Of a DNA stretch of 64,000 bases, positions 1 to 14,463 are shown one piece after another. The notes beneath the pieces are model-generated. The model searched no databases. It was not told where the DNA came from and worked only from the letters and a program-made list of their open reading frames with translations. This stretch comes from Octopus sinensis. Its lineage: Eukaryota. The stretch lies in contig NC_043002.1 of the NCBI RefSeq assembly GCF_006345805.1, positions 17,794,001 to 17,858,000 on the forward strand, written 5' to 3'. Position 1 is the stretch's first letter. The number at the start of each line of letters is the position of its first letter. A program made the translations under genes and the position numbers.

Positions 1-92
1 GGGACTTCTCTATCTTTTGTAATTTAAAATTGAAAAGAAAGCGTGAGTAGTGAGTGTATCTTCGGTAGTTACTCTTCCGCGTGGAAACATTT

Positions 93-679
93 GGCGGCGA
101 GCTGGCAGAAACGTTAGCACGCCGGGCAAAACGCTTAGCGGTATTTCATCTGGTAGTTCAAATTCCGCCGAGGTCGACTTTGCCTTTCATCCTTTCGGGG
201 TCGATAAATTAAGTACCAGTTACGCACTGGGGTCGATGTAATCGACTTAATACCTATGTCTGTCATTGTTTGTCCCCTCTGTGTTTAGCCCCTTGTTGGT
301 AATAAAGAAATAGGTATTTCATCTGCCGCTACGTTCTGAGTTCAAATTCCGCCGAGATCGACTTTGCCTTTCATCCTTTCGGTGTCGATAAATTATGTAC
401 CAGTTACGCACTGCGGTCGATGTAATAAATTTAATCCGTTTGTCTGTTCTTTGTCCTCTCAATGTTTAACCCCTTGCAGGCAATAAAGAAATAGGTATTT
501 AGTCTACTGTCAGGTTCTGAGTTCAAATTCCGCCGAGGTTGACTTTGCCTTTCATCCTTTCGGAGACGATAAATTAAGTATCATTTACGCACTGAGGTCG
601 ATGTAATCGACTTAATCCCTTTGTCTGTCCTTGTTTGTCCCTTCTATGTTTAACCCCCTGTGGGTAGTAAAGAAATAGG
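93..679 (+). mobile_element. tRNA-derived SINE family A: one head followed by three tandem ~175-185 bp body units
   Basis: Head GGCGGCGAGCTGGCAGAAACGTTAGCAC at 93; body units (GGTATTT..GTTCAAATTCCGCCGAG..GATAAATTAAGTA..AAAGAAATAGG) start at 140, 313 and 494; same family at 9579, 31754 and 60254. Confidence 0.9.
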
Positions 680-1034
680 AAACATTAGGAGAGAAAGAAT
701 TTGATAAAGATTTTCGTTTTTTATGATTAAAGTCATGAGGAAAATAAAGGTGTGTAGCTCATGCGTTTTACTCGATGTAGTGCAGCTGTAACTGTTTCAT
801 AGGAGAGTAAATTTGCAGTAACTCTGTAATTAAAATATATGTAGAACTGAGCTTTGGAGCTGTATTTTTTTCCAGTATAAATGTATGTAAATAGCACGGA
901 TAGGTTTTGGTTCGATAGAGCATTTTAGTGACCGAGCACATATGCATAGAGATATGCAATCACGCACATACAGAAACACATATGCGTACATTCTTACTTA
1001 CATGCATAATCACACACACAAATATTTATACATA

Positions 1035-1906
1035 AGTGGTGTGATCAATTAGTACCAGGACTGTTGCCATAGTAACGAAGCGAAAGCATGCACAGTAAAG
1101 CCGCTTGGCACAACCTGACCTTAAACTCGATTGTACATGCTCACTAAGTTTTAATATTCTAGTTCACTTTCGCTGTTTACAGCAGTCCTTGGAAGGAAGG
1201 TATATAGCGTGAGATCGACGCATTGACCACGACAGTGAAACCTGAGCAGAGAATTTGCATCAAATTTTGTCAAACGTTTGGTGATACCTCCTCAGAGGCC
1301 TACGCAAAGCTTTCATAAAGTTTTCATCGCTCTCGGTACAATCAAGATCTTGTGCAACAGAAAACCTAGTGTCTTTTTGATCAACCGAATGCAGTTTTGG
1401 CACCAACCTGACAGGTACACATCCCATACCCAAATCTTCATTGATAATGGACTGAACTGAACTATAACTCATCTGTATATCCTCTGATAATCACGGATGG
1501 TAATTCGACAATTTCCCGTTACAGTTGCAGGTACATCGAGTATTTTCTCAAATCTGCTGGTTGCGGGTCTCCCAGAACGTTCATATCGACATTTTCTTGG
1601 CTATCTTAGAAAGGTCTGAACCACTCGTACACTTGTGTGCGGCTCATATACTCCTCTCCATACGCTTTCTGAAACTTTGCGTAAACCTCTGAGCAGGTAT
1701 CACCTTGACAACTTTCTGTGTCATGGTCAATGCAACGATCACACACTGCACATCTACCTTCAAGCTCTGCAAGGAACTGAGCTAGAACGTTAAAGCTTAG
1801 TGCACATGCACAACAGAGTAAGGTCAGTCTTTGCCTAGTGGCTTTACACTTCTTGCCTTAGCTTCGTTACTATACCAACAGTCCCGTACGTACTTACTTC
1901 CCCGCT
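1035..1906. mobile_element. Non-autonomous mariner derivative built from two inverted 5' ends
   Basis: TA-flanked. Left arm (..GACTGTTGCCATAGTAACGAAGC..) is homologous to the reverse complement of the right arm (..GACTGTTGGTATAGTAACGAAGC..). The + strand encodes EQRICIKFCQTFGDT; the - strand encodes the helix-turn-helix region up to SYSSVQSIINEDLGM..VPKL. Confidence 0.85.
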
Positions 1907-2214
1907 TATATACATACTCATTCAGATAGGTGCGTATATTTATAGATACACACACAAACACACAGACACACATACATTCATACATGCATGTGTACATGCA
2001 TACATATGTATGTACATAGATATTCAGATATTCATGCATAGATACGTAGATGTATCCTTAAACATGTGCATCCATCACCATTGGATCCATCCATCTGTAC
2101 ACACAAAAATTGAGACAGATATACACACATACATAAATATCTAGGTATTGATTCGGAAACATCTTATAACACGATAAATTCCATGGTGCATTTTCATTAT
2201 CAGTGCTGATTCTA

Positions 2215-2960
2215 ACATTTAGTTTATCTGCTTCGTCTGTAGAATAAATCTATTCCATTGATATTAAAACCCGCAAGGTCATGACATCAACAGGAAAGCC
2301 ACAGAGAAACAATTATTTGAACAGGCTGTACATAAGATGAGATGAAAAAATTAGAGGTCTCAAAAGAGATAGTGAAGCCTTCGGAGCCTCAAGATGCAAC
2401 CGAAGATATGGATTATGTCATGTCTGTATAAGTTATCACACATGTGATAAACAACTGCGTGAAATGTCATTAATGTACTACTTCCACTTGCAAACCGACG
2501 TTGTCGCTAAAACAATATATAAATCCATTAGAAAGAGATTGTCATGGAATAAATACACAGAACCCATCTGATTTTGAATACGTACGTAAACAACAATAAA
2601 AGGATTTTGGTGGAATATTTCCATCTAATCTTCCGTCAAGTGTAAACGTAACAGGCCAGATATTGTTGTTTGGAACAGACAGAAAATGTACGTTCTATCC
2701 TCGAGGTCAGTTGCCATGGTGATGCTAATATCTCTTCGAAAATCATGGATAAGGTGTATAACTGCGGACAACAGCTTCGAAATTTCAGCTTCTATGTCAT
2801 AATTATAATTACTCTTTTACACCAATAATATTTGGTGCATTTGGTTTTGTGAATTGATGCTTGACAATCTCGGTAAGCTAGGGTTTTCAGAAAAAAACAA
2901 CACAGAAAAACCACACATCAAATGCACAATCTGCAAGAATTATAAAAACATGTTAAACTT
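2215..2960 (+). mobile_element. Decayed 3' end of a restriction-like-endonuclease (RLE) non-LTR retrotransposon
   Basis: Broken translation gives ..SHVINNC.., FWWNI..KCKRNRPDIVVWN..ILEVSC..DANIS..PIIFGAFG, i.e. a CCHC remnant plus the PD..E RLE motif. Confidence 0.7.
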
Positions 2961-3079
2961 TTCTCAGCTTTAAAACATGAATTTGCTTCTTATCATCTCC
3001 AACGACTGAGCTTTATGTCTTTGTCAAATGAAAATTTTAGATAATTAAATAAGCAGTAATTAAATAATTGGGGTTAAAA

Positions 3080-4940
3080 ATTACAGTAAAGTTCCTTCGA
3101 ACGGGTAGCCATGTTGAAGTGAACACGAACATTGCTTGTTAGCACAACTACTGCGTTGATCACTTAGAGATATTTCAGAACCAGCATTTTTGTTGGTTGC
3201 AAAATCAACGACTGTACGTCGCTTGAAATTATATATATTGCGAGCAGAATCGAGCTACTGCCATCTCCACCGGATTCATGTCACGCGTTTTTGGTTGTCG
3301 CTTATTTGTGTTCGTGAGTTCAAATTTGCTATATATTTAATGTTTTATTGTTATTGTTGCACTTGCTGGGATGGAACTGTTATTTATTTGTTAACTGATA
3401 ATTTTTTTGCCCTTCGGGGCAGAAAATTCTTAAATTCTGAAATACTGTAGTGAAAGTGGCAACTGTGATTAGATCTGTGATTTTTATTCTTTGCAGGGTA
3501 AAAATTACTTTTATTCCATTTTGAAGGAATTTGTCTACTGTGAAAGTTTTTTACGTCATGGATTACAATTTATTTTCGAACGAAAATTTCCCGGAGATTG
3601 AAAAGGCTAAAAATAATAATGAAAAGTTAATGCAGGTGCAAAAGGAAAAGCAACGTTTTTCAGACTTGGTGGGCGGCAACATGATAAGAATGGAAATTAC
3701 AATGGCAGAAGTTTTTAGATATAGGAACCTTTTCAAAAAAATCAGGTAATGGTAGAGAACTACTTGCTCCACAAGATGTTTTACAGAATATTGCGGGTAA
3801 AACTATAGTATACAAAAGTATGAAATAAAAGGGAACTACGACTTGTAAAAGTGAGGCGATAGAAAAATGTTCGTAACCAATCTGGAACAGAAAAATTTAC
3901 GTCGGCAGTAGAAGAAAGCATGTCACGGTCGAAGCTCAATTCACCGATGAAAAATCGCCAAAGGATTTATCTACAATGACCTTAAAAAATGACGAGGTGA
4001 TATTTCTGCCGACGTGCATGTGTAGACGAACCTGTAAAATTAAAGTGGAAGAAATTCCGGAAGGTCAGGACGTTATATGGATATCATCAGCCATTACTTA
4101 TGACCTGGAAGAGAAAATGAGCATTCTGCAAATGCAAAATAAAGGAAAGGTCAGTCCCTCCAGATGGTAGTACAGGCCAAACCTGAAGTCGTTGAGGGAC
4201 TGCCCGATGGAGTATTAATAGGCGAGAGGCTAAGCGTAAGGGTCAGAGTAGAAGGACTTAGGCCGCGTTGATTTATATGCGATGAGAAGAGTCACGTTCG
4301 CGCTGACTGTAAAGCAAAGAAGAACGAAGCTTCCCTACAACAAGAACAACAAAACGCGGAGGTGACAAAAAACAACCAGTAAAAACAAGAAACAAATGTT
4401 ACACAAGAACCCAGGGAAACAAGACCAGGAAAAAACATAGAGGCAACGATATAAACCACAGAAGGTTACGAAATGGAGTTAAATCCACAGTTAAATCCAC
4501 AAAACGAAAACAGGCCTCAGCCACAGACTCCCCAATCCATACAAAGAAAATATCCAAAGCAAATGCTGACAAACACGAAAAGCATCCCAGACCACCCCTT
4601 TGTTAAAACCCATTTCCCATTCCCACTCCATGAGGCGGAACAGAATCATTTCTTTTAATAACAATTATAAGGTGCTTGCCACAGTACTTCGAGCTCACCA
4701 TAACACTCAGGTATATAAAATTAGGAAAAGACATCTCACCTTACGTTAGAATTGGTAGAATGGAGGTGGACTTATTCGATGAATTAAAACACATGTACCC
4801 AGACGACATCAAGGATGTTAGCAAAGAGATGGTCGGTCAAAGTTTTATGGTTAGTCCAGCGGCTACACCAAAGCAAAACTAAATGGGGAGGAAGCTTCAT
4901 TCGTGTAGACTCTCCTCAAACTAGAAATGTAAGTACTACT
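3080..4940 (+). mobile_element. Decayed ORF1/gag-only retroelement (homologue of the 18.6-20.9 kb element)
   Basis: Stop- and frameshift-interrupted frame from ATG 3558 to 4882. Segments IYVGSRRKHVTVEAQF..LKNDEVIFLPT..KIKVEEIP..WI and VEGLRPR*FICDEKSHVRADC (CCHC at 4269-4310) align by eye with the 19.3 kb protein. Element ends are approximate. Confidence 0.7.
3558..4882 (+). pseudogene. Disrupted gag/ORF1-like zinc-knuckle protein
   Basis: ORF pieces 3531-3749, 3781-4170, ~4200-4380, 4473-4658 and 4676-4882; the first Cys of the knuckle is TGA. Confidence 0.65.
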
Positions 4941-5640
4941 TTATTATGGAAGTTGAGTTAGGGTGTATAAATGCGCGTGGATATTGAACGCTTGCATGAA
5001 TCCTGGCTTAGTTAAATCTTTCGTGGCTCCAAATGGTGTCATCTGTAGTACAGCGTTGTATTGTCTCATTTTGTTTTAGAAGTGCTTGGAATCTTGGTCA
5101 GTTGATGAAAACAGTTTCCTCAATGGCTTTGATGGTTGGGGTATTACAGGGTATTTAACCTTTCCACCACTGCAGCACAGTGCAAGTGTCTCCCTATGCT
5201 ACTTCCTTACTCTACAATGTACGCATTCAGTTGTCATTGCACTAATGGAAACTCTAGTGTCATCTGCATAACGAACTGCTGGATCATAATTGAAGACTGT
5301 TTTATAGAAGTTGCTTCTCTGAGCTGCTGCAACTGCTCTTTGTTATGTAGTGAAGATCTTATTCCTTGTCAGCCGTGCATATCCCAGTTCATCACTTTGA
5401 GATGATCTGTTTTTTGTAGTTCACAGTCTGTTAGTATCTTGGTATATTTCCTTTTCGGCAGCTGTCTCTCTTTCCCTAGACAAAATCATTCTTTTCGCTG
5501 ATCTGGACATTGTAGACAAATTTGATACTTTCATTCTAGGCATGGTTATATATGTATACAGCAATATACGGGTGCAGAAGATAGCAATGAGTGAAAATAA
5601 CAAACAGAAAGTGTCTTTCGACTATCGGATAGTGTAGTAA
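4940..5640 (-). mobile_element. Helitron fragment (N-terminal part of Rep-helicase)
   Basis: Minus translation MPRMKVSNLS..FNYDPAVRYADD..SAMTTECVHC..CCSGGKVKYP..SKHF*NKMRQYNAVLQMTPFGAT..PGFMQAFNIH resembles the Helitron N-terminal Cys cluster and FLxNIRxYNxxFQMTSFGA motif. Confidence 0.8.
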
Positions 5641-5744
5641 GCTAGTTCAAGGAAAAAGGAAATGGAAAAATCTTAATTGAACGGGGGACGAGACAGAACA
5701 GAACAGATGCGACTGTCCTCAAAGGTGATACTTACTTTCTATGT

Positions 5745-7900
<2,156 letters not shown>

Positions 7901-8340
7901 AATATATGGGTGTGTATGCACCAACTATCCAAAGTTGAGTTTCACAATTAAGAAATAAATGAATGAATTGTGTGTGTGTGTGTGTTTGTGTTTCTGTAAG
8001 TAAAGAATTGATTCCTAAGAATGACAGAAAACCCATGATAGGATTGCAGAGGAAAAGACAATATCACGTTTAGAAGTGTGAAAATTCTTCTTTCCGTTTG
8101 CAGATTGTATTATGTGCAAATTTCTTGGTCGGTTTCTTTTTCTGAAAATGCTAACTTCTTTAACATGCCTTTTATGTGTGGAGATGGTATGTGCGTGCAT
8201 GTGTGTGTGTGCGTGCATGTGCGTGTGTCCTACGTGTATGTATGTGTGTGTATCCGTGCATGTGTATACACACCATGTATTCCGTCTAACAATAGGCGCG
8301 CGGACAAACATACACACATTGGTGTATTTGTTTATATTTA

Positions 8341-8823
8341 TTGGGTTGTCCGGAAAGTTCGTGCCGGTTTTTAAAGGAAAGAGAAAGGTCAACAAATAAT
8401 TGACATTATATTTTCAATCAACCAAATATAAACCATTTTGTTGCACACTGCATCTCCATCTTTCTTTTAACTTGAAAATACCCTCTTCCCAGAATTGAGG
8501 TTGTTTCATGGCAAAGAATTCATCAAGGTATCTTTTTACGTCATCCACGGAATTAAAATTTTTACCAGTAAGACTATTCTACAGAGACCTGAATAAGTGG
8601 AAATCCGAAGGAGCAATATCTGGTGAATAAGGAGGGTGGGGTAACACATCCCAGCCGAGCTGCATCAATTTTTGCCTGGTTACCTAAGCATTAAGTGCCG
8701 AAAAGGAACTTTCTTATCTTCCATTTGAAAGGGTGAAATCCTATTTTATGGACACAACCATGTTCTAAAATAAACCGAAGCGTAAGCTACTCTAAATCGC
8801 CACAAACTTTCCGGACAACCCAA
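8341..8823 (-). mobile_element. Internally deleted mariner (Tc1/mariner) element
   Basis: Perfect 19 bp TIR TTGGGTTGTCCGGAAAGTT / AACTTTCCGGACAACCCAA with TA on both sides; minus strand encodes LGWDVLPHPPYSPDIAPSDFHLFRSL. Confidence 0.95.
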
Positions 8824-9578
8824 TATATAGTTTCACAAAAATTTCATAATTTTCTTTAAGGCGTCACATGCCATGCACCACTTATTTGTTGTTATTTCTT
8901 CCTGCACAAATTACTTTGTTATTCTTTAGCCCTGATGCTTAAAACCGACTATCTCCGAGTATATAATTTAGTAAATCATATCTTTTCAGAAAACTACTTG
9001 CACAAATTGGTCATACAGATTATACTCCTAAACACCTAGACGAAGATTTCGAAAATTAGCCAAACTGTCTGAATTAATTTCAAATAGATTATATTATAAT
9101 CTGCCTTTCAACATTACGCTGGAATAACGAAAGGTATGGTCTTCATATTCTCCAAAGGACCGCAATTTTCGTATTATGTAATTATCTCCAGTTACCTTCA
9201 GGCAATCATCTACAATATATACTTTTTGTGGCACAAACCACAATGCTATGATAATTTAATTAACCCTTGCAAGTTAACCCTTCAGTAGTATCACCCCGCG
9301 TTGTGACAGACTAGCTTACGAACCTTGAAGTCGAGTCTTTGTTACAATATGTATGGCGTTCGTCAATATTCGAAAATTAGCAGCAAAACCATTTCTATTT
9401 AGTGTAGTTCTTTGTCCGGCTCTACAACGAGTATTCGCTTGTTTATCCAGTTGACTTTCTACTCATAAAGTTAACGCTTAATCAGCTGTATTTCCCATAG
9501 TTACGTGTGTGAGTCACGCCACGCTGAACCAGCCCCGCAAACTATGACAGAGCTAGACCATTGAATTACTGGTATAAA

Positions 9579-9810
9579 GGCGGCGAGCTGGCAGAAACGT
9601 TAGCACGCCGGGCGAAACGCTTAGCGGTATTTCGTCTGCCGTTACGTTGTGAGTTCAAATTCCGCTGAGGTCGACTTTGCCTTTTCATCCTTTCGGGGTC
9701 GATAAATTAAGTACCAGTTACGCACTGGGGTCGATGTAATCGACTTAATACCTATGCCTGTCCTTGTTTGTCCCCTCTGTGTTTAGCCCCTTGTGGGTAG
9801 TAAAGAAATA
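9579..9810 (+). mobile_element. SINE family A, full copy
   Basis: Head plus body; flanking GGTATAA duplicated at 9571-9577 and 9811-9817 (likely TSD). Confidence 0.92.
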
Positions 9811-12008
9811 GGTATAATTCAGGGAGAGAAAGAGTTAGTGGGAAAGGGATAGAACACAACACCAAAATTGAACTTGTTATGTATTTATCGTCTTCAAAAT
9901 CTGCCTTCAGCTCTATGTAGTATCAAGACGTAGAAAGCAGACCTAAATCTACAAAACACTGTATCCGACTCACTGACAGTATACTGAAAACCTTTTCAGA
10001 CTGTCTCCACATATCTTGCAGTCTAAGATCGATCACTACTTCAGGATCTTTTGATTTAGATATACAAGAGATCAATGCAGACCCGCCAGTTAAAAACGGC
10101 AATTACCCAATATTGTCCCTCGAGAAATAAGTTAGCAATTACTTTCAGAATCACGTTTCAATATTATTATGATCTTATTGTAGCTACGGAAAGTTGACCG
10201 TTTTTCAAGTCCCTTTAATACTCTATCGAATCATCTTAGCTCCTAAATTATTCTGGGCACCTATTTCATCAATTGGTCTCGATGAATAATAAAATGCACT
10301 TCAAAGCTATTTGCACAAAGGATCGACGCACACAATTTAATTCTTCGGTTGGTTTGTAATTTTCGAAATATCACTAAACATTAGTTAATGAATAATAGTT
10401 TCCAAATTTCCCTGTAGCATCTTGAAGACGATGAGCCTTTTGCCAAATGAATATATAAGAGTTCATTGTAGCTACCAACGTAATATATTACAGATATCAA
10501 GGCAATAGATTATTGCTAACCACATTAAGCATTCAAATCAATGTTTGCTTATAACCGAAGTAGAATTTGAAATTAAAATGGAAATTATGACTTCAGTGTA
10601 AAATTTGATAGACACAAATGTTGATTACCTTTTGTAATCGTTACAAATGCCTCATATTTTAGGAAAGAGAAAATTACTGTTAAGGACGTTCATCTTTCTT
10701 CCAGAAACATCAAGGCCGTAAGGAATCTGAAATAGTTATTAAGCGTAACAATGTATTTTGCATGCTGGAATTTTTAACTGCTGATACACGGCTAATTCAG
10801 TTTCAAATAAATATAAAGTCCCTTTCGCAAAGTCATTCAAGCCTGTTTTAGATTAGGATGTTGTGACATCCGGAAAGCGTTACAAACAGCATTAACTGCA
10901 ATATAATTTTCATGTATAGAGTGAAACCGCATACTAGGCTTGATTTTCTGGAGGTTTTAACACCTACTCTATGGCTCTTATGTTAACAAATGTTTATCCA
11001 AACGGGTTGTCGTCATTGTTCAGTCTCTGACAGTTGCATTCAACATCGTACCGAATTAGAATAATTTAATATTTAGAGATTCTGTAATTTAAACCACTAC
11101 TGCTTAAATTTACATCAACTTGTAAGTTTTCCATACACTCTGCATTGTCAGTTTATTTATGTGAAACCTTATGTAAAACCAAAGATATATATATATATAT
11201 ATATTCTGTATAATGTTCCTACGGACTTCACTTTATTACTTGATCAATGGATTGAATTCTCTCCAAAGGGCTATGTTTATAAGAAATATAATTTAATTCT
11301 TCCATGCATTAACCTATTGCAAATATCATTAATTCATTGTATCTAAGAGCAAAAATCACGTTATAAATATATACATCAATTAATTCAATAAATATTTCAA
11401 ATCGCTAATTGCTCCCCTGTGGTATTATCGCAAATATTTAATCTCAGTCTCAACATTTACGCACCAAGTACTACTTATATTATACCAAAAATTCTACATA
11501 AAAACCATTCTATAAATCTTTGATTTTACCATCAATATACAAAGAACACGAATAAATCATAATTGCTTTCATTAACAAACCGGGAATGAAATAACAAGAT
11601 AACATCTTAACGGAATGTTTCATATAAACGAATGGATCTCATTCTTACAATTTGGAATTCTAAATGAAGTTATGGGGTTCGTAGCTTGCGTATTTAATGG
11701 AGACTTCTAAAGTAATACAAATCTAATTACTGTTAGGTAGACGCATGTTTATTATCCAATATGAATCTAAAGCATTCCGCAGCAAAATATGTAACATATT
11801 TAAGGAAATCTATCAGTAATCAACTAGATTCTTATTATAAGAATACGTACATTACTCTCCATTTCAATACGTTAGTAAGCTGAGTGATGCAGTAATTAAG
11901 GTTACCGGTGAATGAAGTCAAATATATTTAAGTATAAGTGAAATACCGGTCTATGTAATTTGTAATTTATGCATGTGTATATTTCTCAGTGAAAGTACAT
12001 ATACATAA

Positions 12009-12040
<32 letters not shown>

Positions 12041-12693
12041 GTAACGATTTCAAATATATATATATATATATGCACACGCAGACACGTACACACATTCACA
12101 CATAGTCACTCATAGATTTACTTGTATGCCAACTTTTGTAGAGAAACAATTCAATATTACACATACACACGCGTATATATATATGTATATGTATATATAT
12201 GGGCATAGATAGATGGATACATAGATGCATTTTTATAGACATGAGTATGCATATGTATGTATGTGTATGTATATTAATGTATGTAACACAAGTGGAGAAT
12301 CTGTAATATATAACAGAATACTGACCAATAGTTATATCTAGAAGTATGCATACAAGCTCGCTATTATCTATGTATGTACATGTACCTGACTGTACCTGCA
12401 ATTTCTATATTTATAGAGCCGTGCGTGGAGGGTGCTAGTATAGTTGCCGCCAAAGCGATTTTGAGACTCCCACATTCTTACTATATGCTTACTACTTCAT
12501 TCTTACTATCGCCGTAAAATATGTGTGAGATTTCTACATCGAATGTGCACATTCGTAATGTCAGGCACATTCGTAATCCGAAATTCGAATTGACAAATAT
12601 TACGAGTTTGTCAATAATGACAACCACTCCTTATGCATTCATAGCAACTCGATTTTTAACATAGCAGGGGTGAGCATATATTGAGCATATATA

Positions 12694-13106
12694 GGCGCAG
12701 GAGTGGCTGTTTGATAAGTAGCTTGCTAACCAACCACATGGTTCCGGGTTCAGTCCCACTGCGTGGCATCTTGGGCAAGTGTCTTCTGCTATAACCCCGG
12801 GCCGACCAATGCCTTGTGAGTGGATTTGGTAGACGTAAACTGAAAGAAGCCTGTCGTATATATGTATATATATGTAAGTGTGTGTGAATATGTTTGTGTG
12901 TCTGTGTTTGTTCCCCTAGCATTGCTTGACAACCGATGCTGGTGTGTTTACGTCCCCGTCACTTAGCGGTTCGGCAAAAAAGACCGATAGAATAAGTACT
13001 GGGCTTACAAAGAATAAGTCCCGGGGTCGATTTGCTCGACTAAAGGCGGTGCTCCAGCATGGCCGCAGTCAAATGACTGAAGCAAGTAAAAAGAGTAAAA
13101 AGAGTA
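12694..13106 (+). mobile_element. tRNA-derived SINE family B, full copy
   Basis: Head GGCGCAGGAGTGGCTGT..GGTTCCGGGTTCAGTCCC, central TA/TG tract, tail (AGTAAAAG)n; near-identical to 16514 and 20855. Confidence 0.93.
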
Positions 13107-14414
13107 GTACTATAAATTCATGTACTACAGTTTGGCTGTTGGAATAGTATAGGGATAAACAACACACGTTCATCTCCTCAATTCTAACTATTAACGAGCA
13201 ACAATACCAACATTAGTAGAGGATTGAAGGGCACCAGGGAAAACACTGTGGTGCAGAACGTCTGCGGTTGTCGGTCATTAATTTTTAATCTGTGGGAGTC
13301 AATTCTATTTTCCCGCTTATAGACCACAATTCTATTCAATATCCCAATGCTTTATTATTTAAGGTTTTTTTTTATTTGTGACATCGTGAAGCTTTTTATT
13401 TGACACACACGTACACAAACATTCACACATAGAAACGCACACACCCAAACACATATACATATACACACTCAAACATACACACATGCATATATCGCATTAA
13501 TACTTACCTATATATATATATAAAATGTGTATTTGTGATACTTCACCAAAGAGTTAGTTTTAAAAACCTCAGTCACTCAAGATTGATATGAGTGACCTGA
13601 TTCATATATGTGTATGTTTGTGTATGTGTGACTGTGCGCATGAGTGTGCGTTTGTGTAGTTTGTGTGCAGGACCACCTATTTTATACACGATAAGTCAAC
13701 ATCGTTTGAAATCCCTTCGCAGAAATTATCTCTTAAGTTACACGATGTATAAAGTCGAAAGGATAATGAATTTCACAAGTTTAAATCAAAACACACGAAT
13801 TCTGCTATAGATTCCTCTGCTATGATTCATCATGGCCGATCTAGCTTTAATCAACAACTACAAAAAAAACAAACAAACACTGATTTCTAATGCATATAAA
13901 CATCGGATGACAGATTTAAATAAAGAAGCACTAAGTCAGTCATTTATTTCTATATATGTCTTGCAAGTCATGTTAAATCGCGGATCATAAACAATTTAAA
14001 CAAATTATAATTAATATCGATGGAAATAATGGGATAAATACAATTTTAATAAAATGTTGCGCCAAGTTTTTGAAATATCTCGATTTATGTCATAACATCA
14101 ATTAATCTTATGAAGTGTGTAAGTAGAAAATAGAATCAACTATACCTAAAAGGAAATGAATGTAAAATCATTGTTAATACCCTTGATAGAGTGATAACAA
14201 ATATAGTAAAGAATATTTACGAGCTTACATTAAACTCTCCGTTATAGTTTGTATATATTCTCCAGTCTTTTGTTTTTATAATCTTAATGCATTGTACACA
14301 AAATAACCCTTATATATTTACTTCTGTATATTACATAAGTATCAGAAACCATCAAGAAAAATCTTGCATAATGAAAAAAAGAAAACCATATATGTATGAA
14401 AATATATATATATG

Positions 14415-14463
<49 letters not shown>

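Noticed and set aside
140-679. Regular ~180 bp repeats resembling a CRISPR or satellite array
   Set aside because: Units are SINE bodies with no unique spacers; eukaryotic context and no cas genes.
10040-10110. LDIQEINADPPV peptide, superficially like the cadherin DxNDNxP motif
   Set aside because: The motif is not actually matched, and there is no extended frame or splice sites.
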